Origin: Candidatus Woesebacteria bacterium
Lineage (GTDB): Bacteria > Patescibacteriota > Microgenomatia > UBA12405
Length of the DNA: 64,000 nucleotides
Assembly: GCA_035402805.1 (NCBI GenBank)
Contig: DAONDY010000002.1
Coordinates: forward strand, 49,801-113,800
Direction: 5' to 3'
In this document: positions 28,205 to 36,797 of the stretch, one piece after another
Layout of the letters: each line of letters opens with the position of its first letter
How positions within the stretch are numbered: position 1 is the first letter of the stretch
Program-made: the position numbers and the translations under genes
The notes under the pieces: model-generated
The model's input: only the letters and a program-made list of their open reading frames with translations
The model's database searches: none
What the model was told of the DNA's origin: nothing

Positions 28205-28657
28205 TTAATGTTTTAAACGAGTTTGACAACTAATAATGCGATTATGTTTTTGTTCAAATTCCTGGGAAATTTCTTGACCGGTTTTTTTATAATAATCATA
28301 AATAGCCTCAGTAAGAGCATCGACAGCTAAAAGAGAACAATGAATTTTGATAGTAGGAAGATCGTCAAGGGCTTTGATTACGTTTTCATTTTTAATTTCC
28401 AGAGCTTCTTTTAGAGTTTTCCCTTTAACTAAGTCGGTAACAACACTACTAGTGGCAATGGCGGCGGCACAACCAAGGGTCTCAAATTTAATATCTTTGA
28501 TAAAATCTTGACCTTGGTTATTTTGATCAATTTTTAGATAAAGCTTCATAACATCACCACAGGCTAAGTTTCCAACTTGACCGAGAGAATCGGGGTTCTT
28601 GATGGAGCCAAAATTGTGAGGATTTCTAAAATGTTCTAAAACTTTTTTGGTATACAT
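28205..28657 (-). CDS. iscU: Fe-S cluster scaffold IscU/NifU-like
   Basis: GNLACGDVMKLYL, FETLGCAAAIATSS, HCSLLAVDAL conserved Cys motifs. Confidence 0.85.
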   Translation of the reverse strand: MYTKKVLEHFRNPHNFGSIKNPDSLGQVGNLACGDVMKLYLKIDQNNQGQDFIKDIKFETLGCAAAIATSSVVTDLVKGKTLKEALEIKNENVIKALDDLPTIKIHCSLLAVDALTEAIYDYYKKTGQEISQEFEQKHNRIISCQTRLKH

Positions 28658-28661
28658 AATT

Positions 28662-30182
28662 TTATTTAAATGGCGATATTTGCCTAAATTTATTAACTAC
28701 TTGAGGTAAAACTTTTAACAGATAATCAACATCTGATTTGGTGGTAAAACGACCAAGACTGAAACGAAGAGAACCATGGGCTTGCTCGGGGCGAAGTCCG
28801 GTGGCGAGTAAAACATGACTGGCTTCGAGAGTATTAGAAGAACAAGCTGAACCAGTAGAAACTTCGATACCATAAAAATCTAATTCCAGCAAAAGAGACT
28901 CCCCTTCGACATGATCGAAAGAAAAATTAACATTATTAGAAAGACGATTAGTTGGATGGCCGTTTAAATGGCAATCGGAAACAATCTTGGGGATATTCTT
29001 TATTAAATAATCCCGAAGCTCACATAATTTTTTATTTTCTTGTTCAAAATTTTTAATGGCAATTTGAGCGGCTTTGGCAAAACCAACAATGGCGGGAAGA
29101 TTAATAGTGGAAGAACGAAGGCCGGATTCATGACCACCACCGTGAAGAAGAGGGGTAATTTTACTACCGGATCTTATGTAAAGGAGGGCGGCACCTTTTG
29201 GACCGTAAATTTTATGAGAAGAAGCAGTTAAAAAGTCAATATTTAATTTAGATAAGTCAATAGCAACTTTGGTAAAACTTTGAGAAGCGTCGGTGTGGAA
29301 ATAAACGTTTTTTTCTTTACAAATTTGACCTATCTTTTGGAGATCCTGAATGGTTCCAATTTCATTATTACCATGAATTATAGAAACTAAAATAGTGTCT
29401 TTTCTGATAGTTTTTCGGAGTTCGTCGAGATTTATAAGTCCATATTTATCGACAGAAATTTGACTGACCTCAAAACCTTGGGTTTTTAACCAATTAGCAC
29501 TTTCTAAAACACAATCATGTTCAATGGAAGAAATAATTATGTGGTTACCTTTGGACTTATTAGCAAGGGCGACACCCTTTAAAACAGTATTGTTACTTTC
29601 GGTGGCAGAACCGGTAAAAAATATTTCTTTAGGAGAAACTTTTAAAATGTCAGCAAAAATTTGACGAGATTCTTCGAGGGCTTGAGCTGAGGCAGAACCA
29701 ACCTGATGCATGGAGGCAGTGTTGCCATAATCTTGACCAAAATAAGGAAGCATATAATTCAAAACTTGAGGATCGACAGGAGTGGTAGCGGCATAGTCAA
29801 GATAAATTTTTTTATTTTTGGAACTTAAATCTTTTAAAGTAATAGAATTTAAAACATAATTAAAACCAGATTGAATTTTTTGCCAGGCGGATTTACTTTG
29901 GCAGGAACAGAAATCGGGACAAATAAATTCAGCTTTTTCTAAAGCATTAACAATTTGACCAAGAGTAATTTTTTTGGGATCGCCATTGATGGAATAACCA
30001 CCGCAAGCTCCCCGATCAACTTTTAAGATTCCAGCTTTTTTTAATTTAGAAAAAATTTTTTCTAAATAATCACTGGAAATATGTTCGGCTTCAGAGATTT
30101 TTTTGACAGAGCAACAACAGTCTTGACCCAAAAGATTAGCAAGAGCACGAAGGCCATATCTGGTTTTAGTTGATAATTTCAT
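28662..30182 (-). CDS. Rrf2-family regulator fused in frame to a class-V cysteine desulfurase (IscS/NifS)
   Basis: N-terminus MKLSTKTRYGLRALANLL (Rrf2 HTH) with CPDFCSC. The desulfurase part follows from KIYLDYAATTP, with the PLP-Lys motif SSHKIYGPKG and the active-site Cys GSACSS. Confidence 0.8.
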   Translation of the reverse strand: MKLSTKTRYGLRALANLLGQDCCCSVKKISEAEHISSDYLEKIFSKLKKAGILKVDRGACGGYSINGDPKKITLGQIVNALEKAEFICPDFCSCQSKSAWQKIQSGFNYVLNSITLKDLSSKNKKIYLDYAATTPVDPQVLNYMLPYFGQDYGNTASMHQVGSASAQALEESRQIFADILKVSPKEIFFTGSATESNNTVLKGVALANKSKGNHIIISSIEHDCVLESANWLKTQGFEVSQISVDKYGLINLDELRKTIRKDTILVSIIHGNNEIGTIQDLQKIGQICKEKNVYFHTDASQSFTKVAIDLSKLNIDFLTASSHKIYGPKGAALLYIRSGSKITPLLHGGGHESGLRSSTINLPAIVGFAKAAQIAIKNFEQENKKLCELRDYLIKNIPKIVSDCHLNGHPTNRLSNNVNFSFDHVEGESLLLELDFYGIEVSTGSACSSNTLEASHVLLATGLRPEQAHGSLRFSLGRFTTKSDVDYLLKVLPQVVNKFRQISPFK

Positions 30183-30250
30183 AATTTAATTCGGAGTTTT
30201 TTAGTCCGAATTGATTGTAACCTGAGAAATAAAGAGTGTCAATAATGAAG

Positions 30251-31093
30251 TTATTTTTGGCATTTAGGACAAAAGAAGGTGCCACGGCCGCCAATTTTAA
30301 GGCGTTTAATTTTGGTTTTACAGATCAAACAAGGTTCGCCATCACGCTGGTAAACACGAAAATTGAACTGATTTTGACCACTGGTGCCATCTGGACGAAC
30401 GTATTTGTTGTCCTTGGCAGTAGAGCCACCAGCAAGAATTGATTCTTTCATTATTTTTATGAGACTTTGACGAAGTTGATTTGATTTTTGGAGAGTAATT
30501 TTATTTGATGGAGTTTTGGGGTTAATTTTAGATAAAAAAAGAGCGTCGTTGGCATAAATATTACCAATGCCAGCAAATTTATTTTGATCGAGTAAAACTG
30601 ATTTGATGGGACGAGAAGTGAACTGAAGTTGATTATAAAAATATTTGGAAGTAAATTTACGATCTAAAATATCAAGGCCGAGTTCTTTTTGGATTTCCGT
30701 AAGCTCAGGGCGGGTTAATAATTTTACCCAGCCAAATTTGCGTTGATCATTAAAAAATAATTGAGAACCATTGGAAAACTTAAAAACTAATCTGGTTGAT
30801 TTATTGGGTAAAATTGATTTATCTTCTTTTGGGGTGGGATGACCAAAAACAAACTCCCCTAATATTATTTGACCAGTCATTTTGAGATGAAAAAGGAGAA
30901 TTAAATTATTTTCTAAATAAATCGAAAGTTGTTTACCGATACGAGAGGTTTTGGTTATTGTTTGGTTTTCGGCTAATTTAGGATCGCCAATAAAAGATTT
31001 TGGAGTGAGAATTTCTATATTGGTAATAGTTTTACCAATGAGGTGCTGGTCTAAAAATTGACGGACAACCTCAACTTCGGGAAGTTCTGGCAT
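30251..31093 (-). CDS. mutM: Formamidopyrimidine-DNA glycosylase
   Basis: MPELPEVE N-terminus; C-terminal zinc finger CLICKTKI...CPKCQK. Confidence 0.85.
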   Translation of the reverse strand: MPELPEVEVVRQFLDQHLIGKTITNIEILTPKSFIGDPKLAENQTITKTSRIGKQLSIYLENNLILLFHLKMTGQIILGEFVFGHPTPKEDKSILPNKSTRLVFKFSNGSQLFFNDQRKFGWVKLLTRPELTEIQKELGLDILDRKFTSKYFYNQLQFTSRPIKSVLLDQNKFAGIGNIYANDALFLSKINPKTPSNKITLQKSNQLRQSLIKIMKESILAGGSTAKDNKYVRPDGTSGQNQFNFRVYQRDGEPCLICKTKIKRLKIGGRGTFFCPKCQK

Positions 31094-31099
31094 GAATTA

Positions 31100-32020
31100 T
31101 TATACTAAATCATCAAAATCGATGGCAGTGATGGACTTGTTTTTGGCAAGATGATTAACGGCAACAAACATATCAGCAAGGCTATCTTTGATTTCAGAAA
31201 AGGAATTTAAATAGCTTTGAGTGGAACCGACATAACTCATAATTAAAACCAGCTCAGAAATTAATTTAGTGCCGCCAGAAACAGACAAAATGAGATAAGA
31301 AAAAATCAAAATATAAAAGAAAACGGCCGTGTTTTGAAGAGTAAACCATTCAGTAAAACACCAATTGGAAAGACGAGTAAAATGACGACTAAAAGTTTTC
31401 TGTTCCAAATCAACATCATCAGTTTCTTGGAGTTTAGCATAATAAGTTTCAGTTTTAGTATTTTGAATATCCTTTAAATTAACATAGTGTTGAGTGGTGT
31501 AGTAATCGATTACATAGTAAACAATGATATAGGCAATGACTAAAACAAAAACCTTAAAATCAACAAAAAGGAGAATGGCTGGAATAGAAATTAAAGAAAT
31601 GATACTGTCGATTCCGGGTTGACGAAAAAGTCTAAGAGTCCAACTAGTGGCGTCAGCAAAATTACGGATAGCTTGAACACTTTCGTGTCTTTCTAATTTA
31701 TTTTCAGGCTTGATGTCACCAATAAAATAATTGTGAATATCAAAACTGATATCACTAATACATTCATCTAACTTAGCGACCGATTTAATTCTAGTAAAAT
31801 TATCAACAATTCTAATGACAAAAATCATAACAATAGAAAAAAAGATGGTAGAGAAATCGGATTTAGTTTCGACTAAATTGATGGTTTTAGAAAAAAGATA
31901 AATCGTAATTAAAGGGAAAATAGCGGAAATAAAACGAATGACCACCCAAAAAACAAAACGTGACTTGTTTTGAATTATTTGAAAAATCAATTTTATAACT
32001 AGAAGTGTGGTCTTGGACAT
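31100..32020 (-). CDS. Membrane protein (hypothetical)
   Basis: Six hydrophobic helices. Confidence 0.45.
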   Translation of the reverse strand: MSKTTLLVIKLIFQIIQNKSRFVFWVVIRFISAIFPLITIYLFSKTINLVETKSDFSTIFFSIVMIFVIRIVDNFTRIKSVAKLDECISDISFDIHNYFIGDIKPENKLERHESVQAIRNFADATSWTLRLFRQPGIDSIISLISIPAILLFVDFKVFVLVIAYIIVYYVIDYYTTQHYVNLKDIQNTKTETYYAKLQETDDVDLEQKTFSRHFTRLSNWCFTEWFTLQNTAVFFYILIFSYLILSVSGGTKLISELVLIMSYVGSTQSYLNSFSEIKDSLADMFVAVNHLAKNKSITAIDFDDLV

Positions 32021-32075
32021 TACTTTAATAATAGAGTATTAAATTTACAAATTCCAATTTTCAATTTTTAAAAAT

Positions 32076-33047
32076 ATGAATGGGTTTGATAGAATGGTGA
32101 GTATGGAAGAAAAAATAATTTATGACTGCGTAATTATTGGTTCTGGACCAGCAGGCCTGACAGCAGCAATTTATAATGCCAGGGCTGACATAAAAACGAT
32201 AGTAATTGCAGGAAATCAACCTGGAGGTCAATTAACCATTACCCCAATGGTAGATAATTACCCAGGTTTTCCAAATGGAATAGGTGGATTCAAGCTAATG
32301 ATGGACATACAGACTCAGGTAAAAAATTTTGGGGTGGAAATTAGACAAGGATTGGTTAAACAAGTTTATAAAGTTGAAAGTTTATCAAGTTTTAAAGTGG
32401 AGTTGGAAAATGGTGAAACATTGGAAACAAAATCGATAATTGTAGCAACTGGAGCAGCGGTTAAATGGTTAAATCTACCGAGAGAAAAAGAATTAATAGG
32501 TCATGGATTGAGTAGTTGTGCAACTTGTGATGGAATGTTTTTCAGGGATAAAACAGTGGCGGTCGTTGGCGGTGGAGATACGGCTTGTGAAGACGCAGTG
32601 TTTTTATCAAAATTTACAAAAAAAGTTTATATGATAGTTAGGAGAGAAGAATTCAGAGCTAGTATGGCGGAACAAAAAGGGGTTTTTAAAAATGAAAAAA
32701 TAGAAATTCTTTGGAACACTGAAGTAAAAGAATTAAATGGATTGGAAAAATTAGAGTCTATAAAAATTATTAATAATAAAACTAACGAAGAAAAAACATT
32801 AGAATTAGATGGGTTATTTATCGCAATCGGCTACTCTCCGGCCACAAAATTTTTGGAAGGAATGGTTGATTTGAGAGAAACTGGGCAAATAATTACCGGT
32901 AAAAATGAAAAATTAGCAACTATGACAAATGTGGAAGGAATTTTTGCGGCTGGTGATTGTGTAAACGAAAATCATCGACAAGCAATTATTGCCGCTGGTG
33001 AAGGGTGTAGAGCGGCGTTGGAAACGCAAAAATGGTTAAAGGGTTAG
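32076..33047 (+). CDS. trxB: Thioredoxin-disulfide reductase
   Basis: FAD motif IIGSGPAG; redox CATCDG; NADPH motif VVGGGDTA. Confidence 0.85.
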   Translation: MNGFDRMVSMEEKIIYDCVIIGSGPAGLTAAIYNARADIKTIVIAGNQPGGQLTITPMVDNYPGFPNGIGGFKLMMDIQTQVKNFGVEIRQGLVKQVYKVESLSSFKVELENGETLETKSIIVATGAAVKWLNLPREKELIGHGLSSCATCDGMFFRDKTVAVVGGGDTACEDAVFLSKFTKKVYMIVRREEFRASMAEQKGVFKNEKIEILWNTEVKELNGLEKLESIKIINNKTNEEKTLELDGLFIAIGYSPATKFLEGMVDLRETGQIITGKNEKLATMTNVEGIFAAGDCVNENHRQAIIAAGEGCRAALETQKWLKG

Positions 33048-34223
33048 CTTTTTTATTTTAGAGACAAACTTTTCAGTAGAAAATTCCCGAGCGCGAAAAA
33101 TACAATCTTTTGGATTTATTTTTAATTTTTGAAGCTTTTTAATAGCTAAAATACAAGAATCAGCGGTTAATTTTTCAAAAAAGACACCAGTTTTACCGTC
33201 AATAACAGTTTCGGTGGTTCCGCCACTTTTATAGCCAATTACTGGACAGCCATAAGCCATGGATTCAACCGGAACTATACCAAAATCTTCGTTATCGGAA
33301 CAAAAAATAAAAGCTTTAGCATTTGAATAAAGACTGGCTTTTTGTTCTTGACTTATTTCGCCTAAAAATTCAATAGTGGGACCAGCCAGAGCTTTTAATT
33401 CTTCTGAAAAATTAGCAAAGTCACGACCGAATATTTTAAGTTTTAAACCTAATTGATTACAAGCTTGGATAGCAATATCATAGCGTTTAGCACGAGCCAA
33501 TCTGCCACCAGTTAGATAATATTGCTCAGATAATTTTTTACCGTGCTCACGCCCTTCGGTATTACACCTCGGATGTTGCGCGCGGAAAAAATCATCGTTC
33601 GCAATGTTTATTGTATCGATTGGTGGATTAATTATAAGGGCGTCGCGATGATAGAATTTTTGGATACGATCGGCAGTGGTCTGAGAATTAGCAATAAATT
33701 GATCAACATTTTGGGCTGACTTAAAATCAACTTTTCTTAAAAAGTGATTTAAAACCGAAACTAAGGCATAAATAATTTTATTTTGAGTGAAATTTCTAGC
33801 AGTAGGAAGACCATAGAGGTAACGAGGTGGAGTGTGACAATAACAAATTAATTTGGCATTTTTTTTATTGATTAAATTGGGGAAATAGGCACCAGTGGCA
33901 GAAGTAATGATAATGTCAAAGTTGGAAAAATCAAAAGATTTAAAAGCTAAAGGAGATAAAAGACGAAGTGGACTGATAATTTTATGGGCGAAGGGAATAT
34001 GCTGAAAAAAACTTTGATGAATTCGATTCCCCCATTTTTTTTCTAAGCGATCACGATGAGGGCCGAGAAATTCCGGTTTGTAGAGGGTAGTAAAAATTGG
34101 AGCATCGGGAAAAATTTCCGATAAATTTTCTAAAACCGATTCGGCACCACCAAATTCCTTAATATAATCGTGAACAAGAGCAATTTTAAATTTAGAAGAG
34201 TGATTGTTGATTGGAGATAACAT
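33036..34223 (-). CDS. GT4-family glycosyltransferase carrying an in-frame family B repeat insert
   Basis: C-terminal EDFGIVPVESMAYGCPVI. The repeat encodes RAQHPRCNTEGREHGKK. Confidence 0.75.
   Translation of the reverse strand: MLSPINNHSSKFKIALVHDYIKEFGGAESVLENLSEIFPDAPIFTTLYKPEFLGPHRDRLEKKWGNRIHQSFFQHIPFAHKIISPLRLLSPLAFKSFDFSNFDIIITSATGAYFPNLINKKNAKLICYCHTPPRYLYGLPTARNFTQNKIIYALVSVLNHFLRKVDFKSAQNVDQFIANSQTTADRIQKFYHRDALIINPPIDTINIANDDFFRAQHPRCNTEGREHGKKLSEQYYLTGGRLARAKRYDIAIQACNQLGLKLKIFGRDFANFSEELKALAGPTIEFLGEISQEQKASLYSNAKAFIFCSDNEDFGIVPVESMAYGCPVIGYKSGGTTETVIDGKTGVFFEKLTADSCILAIKKLQKLKINPKDCIFRAREFSTEKFVSKIKKLTL
33537..33602 (+). repeat. Family B repeat copy B1 (GC-rich ~65 bp; inside the GT4 CDS)
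   Basis: ccgtgctcacgcccttcggtattacacctcggatgttgcgcgcggaaaaa is about 88% identical to the copy at 52816-52880. Confidence 0.8.
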
Positions 34224-35145
34224 TTTCTTTTTTATCTATTTTAACTGGATTTTGTTTTTGAATGCGAGAAATTAGAGATTTGAAATTGTAGATTTTAAAA
34301 AGAGAAATCAAATTTAAGAAGGAAGTTTGATCAAATTTTGATTGGGAAAGTTTAAAATTAAGAGGGATATTGCTGACTAATGTAGCTAATTTTTGCGAAA
34401 GATAGGCATTGTCTTTATTTTTTTCTAGTTTTTCTTTAACTGAAACTTTAATCTGATCTAAATTTTTATAAATATTATCTAAATTCTGATATTTATTAAG
34501 CAAATCAATGGCAACTTTGGGACCAATACCGGCAACGCCCGGATAATTATCAGACATATCCCCCATTAAGGCCTTTAAATCGATAACTTGTGTTGGAAGA
34601 ACACCTAATTTTTCTTGAACATCCTTAGTTTTAAATATTTTAGTTTCGGAAAGGCCACGAATAGGAACAAAAAGAGAAACTTTTTCGTTAACAAGCTGCA
34701 TTAAATCCTTGTCACCAGTGATGATAATAACCTCATCAACTATTTTTCTTTTATGTTTGGTTTTCTTTTTAAGAGCTTTGATAGTAAGAGTGGCAATTAA
34801 ATCATCAGCCTCAAACCCACCCATAGAAAAAGTATTAATTTTAGCTTCTTTTAGGGTTGATTCTAATAAAGGAAGCTGAGAGATTAATTCATGGTCGGCT
34901 GGTTTACGTTTAGCCCGATAACCTAAAAATTCATGATTTCTAAAATTTGGACCTGGAGAATCAAGACAGACGGCTAAATATTTAGGTTTAAGAATGTTAA
35001 TGGCAGTAAGAAGCATGGAATAAAAACCATAAAGAGCGTTAACTGGTTGACCATTGGAATCTAGCGGCGGAATGGAGTGATAGGCACGATGAATGACGGC
35101 ATGACCATCGATAATAACAAGTTTAGACATATAGTAGTTTATCAA
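34192..35145 (-). CDS. 5'-3' exonuclease (Pol I N-terminal-like / FEN family)
   Basis: LVIIDGHAVIHRAYHS; acidic clusters (GFEADD, ITGDKDL); C-terminal helix-hairpin-helix region. Confidence 0.8.
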   Translation of the reverse strand: MINYYMSKLVIIDGHAVIHRAYHSIPPLDSNGQPVNALYGFYSMLLTAINILKPKYLAVCLDSPGPNFRNHEFLGYRAKRKPADHELISQLPLLESTLKEAKINTFSMGGFEADDLIATLTIKALKKKTKHKRKIVDEVIIITGDKDLMQLVNEKVSLFVPIRGLSETKIFKTKDVQEKLGVLPTQVIDLKALMGDMSDNYPGVAGIGPKVAIDLLNKYQNLDNIYKNLDQIKVSVKEKLEKNKDNAYLSQKLATLVSNIPLNFKLSQSKFDQTSFLNLISLFKIYNFKSLISRIQKQNPVKIDKKENVISNQQSLF

Positions 35146-35173
35146 GTTAAGGATTTGCTGGTAGAATTAAAAG

Positions 35174-36088
35174 ATGGAACAACACCCTATTCCACAGCAG
35201 ATATCATCCTACGAATTTAAACTTGTGGGAGATATGACCTTGAAACAATTTTTAAAGGCAGGAGCAGGAATAATTTTAGCAATACTGATTAATTCGACTA
35301 AATTAATAGTCTTGGTTAAATGGCCATTGATGCTTTTGTTTGGTGCTGGTGGTTTATTGTTGGCGTTTGTACCGTTCGCAGACAGACCTTTGGAGTCTTG
35401 GATAGTTTCTTTTATAAAAGCAATTTATTCACCAACGATTTATACCTATCAGAGAAAAGGTAATAAAAATTGGCTAGATTTAGATTTGACAAAAACAACG
35501 AAACAAAGCGAAGAAGATATTGTAGTTTCTAAAACTAGATCACCGTCTTTAGGAAGTAAAATAAAAGACAGTATCGCCACAATGGGGATAAAAATTAACA
35601 AGGAAGAAAGACAAACTGAAGAGACTGAAGCAACTGAAAATATAAAAACAGAGACTAAAGTAATTCCAAGACAAGCAAAAGTTGAAGAAGTTAAAAAGGG
35701 AGCTGTTAATGAAATACAAAAAGATGATTGGAGGGATCAAAAAGTTGATCTAAACTTAAAAACAGAAAAACTTGGAGCAACCGGTGAAGTTATTTTTGGA
35801 AGTATACCAATGCCAGATATTCCAGAAATTCCAAATGTAGTGGTGGGAATGGCAACGGATAGAGATGGAAAAATAGTTGATGCAGTTATTGTGGAAATTC
35901 AGGATGAAAATGGAAATCCATCAAGAGTATTAAAAACAAATTCCTTAGGGCAATTTAAAACAACTACCCCATTGGCTAATGGTAGATACCTGATAATTGC
36001 AGAGAAAGACGGTTATAATTTTGATAGAGTTAATATAGACTTGAAAGGACAAATAGTTCAACCGGTCAAAATAATTGCTAATAGTTAA
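35174..36088 (+). CDS. T4SS-associated membrane protein: N-terminal VirB3/PrgI-like TM hairpin plus C-terminal CarbopepD_reg-like beta domain
   Basis: Two adjacent TM helices (GIILAILIN..., LMLLFGAGGLLLAFVPF); C-terminus GRYLIIAEKDGYNFDRV. Lies immediately upstream of VirB4. Confidence 0.45.
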   Translation: MEQHPIPQQISSYEFKLVGDMTLKQFLKAGAGIILAILINSTKLIVLVKWPLMLLFGAGGLLLAFVPFADRPLESWIVSFIKAIYSPTIYTYQRKGNKNWLDLDLTKTTKQSEEDIVVSKTRSPSLGSKIKDSIATMGIKINKEERQTEETEATENIKTETKVIPRQAKVEEVKKGAVNEIQKDDWRDQKVDLNLKTEKLGATGEVIFGSIPMPDIPEIPNVVVGMATDRDGKIVDAVIVEIQDENGNPSRVLKTNSLGQFKTTTPLANGRYLIIAEKDGYNFDRVNIDLKGQIVQPVKIIANS

Positions 36089-36797
36089 AAATAAAATGCC
36101 AACAGATCCATTAAAAATCGCCATTAAGGGAAGCACTCAAGAACATTTACCAATAGAGGATATTATAGATGGGATTGTGATGTTAAAGGATGGTTCTTGT
36201 TCGATAGTTTTGAGCGTTTCTTCGGTCAATTTTGATTTATTATCAGAGCAAGAACAATCTGCTTTGGTTTTTGCTTATGGCGGAATTATAAATTCTCTAA
36301 ATTTTCCAATTCAAATTATTATCCAATCACACTCTAAAGATGTGAGCTCTTATCTAAAAAACTTGGAAAACATACAAGAAAAACAAGTCAATCCTCAGCT
36401 AAAAGAGAGAATTAAACAATATCGAAAATTTATAGAAGAAACGGTCAAGAAAAATAATGTGTTGTCTAAATCTTTTTATATTGCTGTTAGTTTTTCGACC
36501 TTAGAATTGGGAATCAAAAGTGGCGGAGTTAAAGGGGCAATGATGTTTTTGCCAAAAAACAAAAAACAGGAACTGCCTTTTACTAAAGAGTATATTTTAG
36601 AAAAGGCTAAAGCTAGTTTAGAACCAAAAAGAGATCATTTAGTTAGACTATTTTCAAGATTAGGACTGGAAATAGAACCATTAAACAATAAAAAATTGAT
36701 TGACCTTTTTTATAGAACTTACAATGAAGAAACAGCTATTAATCAAAAAATTCAAAACGTAAACTATCAAGCACCGGTAGTAAATGGAGAAAAATAA
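36075..36797 (+). CDS. Hypothetical T4SS-associated protein
   Basis: ORF between the VirB3-like and VirB4 genes on the same strand, with overlapping ends. Confidence 0.4.
   Translation: MLIVKNKMPTDPLKIAIKGSTQEHLPIEDIIDGIVMLKDGSCSIVLSVSSVNFDLLSEQEQSALVFAYGGIINSLNFPIQIIIQSHSKDVSSYLKNLENIQEKQVNPQLKERIKQYRKFIEETVKKNNVLSKSFYIAVSFSTLELGIKSGGVKGAMMFLPKNKKQELPFTKEYILEKAKASLEPKRDHLVRLFSRLGLEIEPLNNKKLIDLFYRTYNEETAINQKIQNVNYQAPVVNGEK

Noticed and set aside
35549-36136. Two minus-strand 63-aa ORFs overlapping the VirB3-like gene
   Set aside because: They are low-complexity Phe/Ser-rich antisense ORFs inside a supported + strand CDS.
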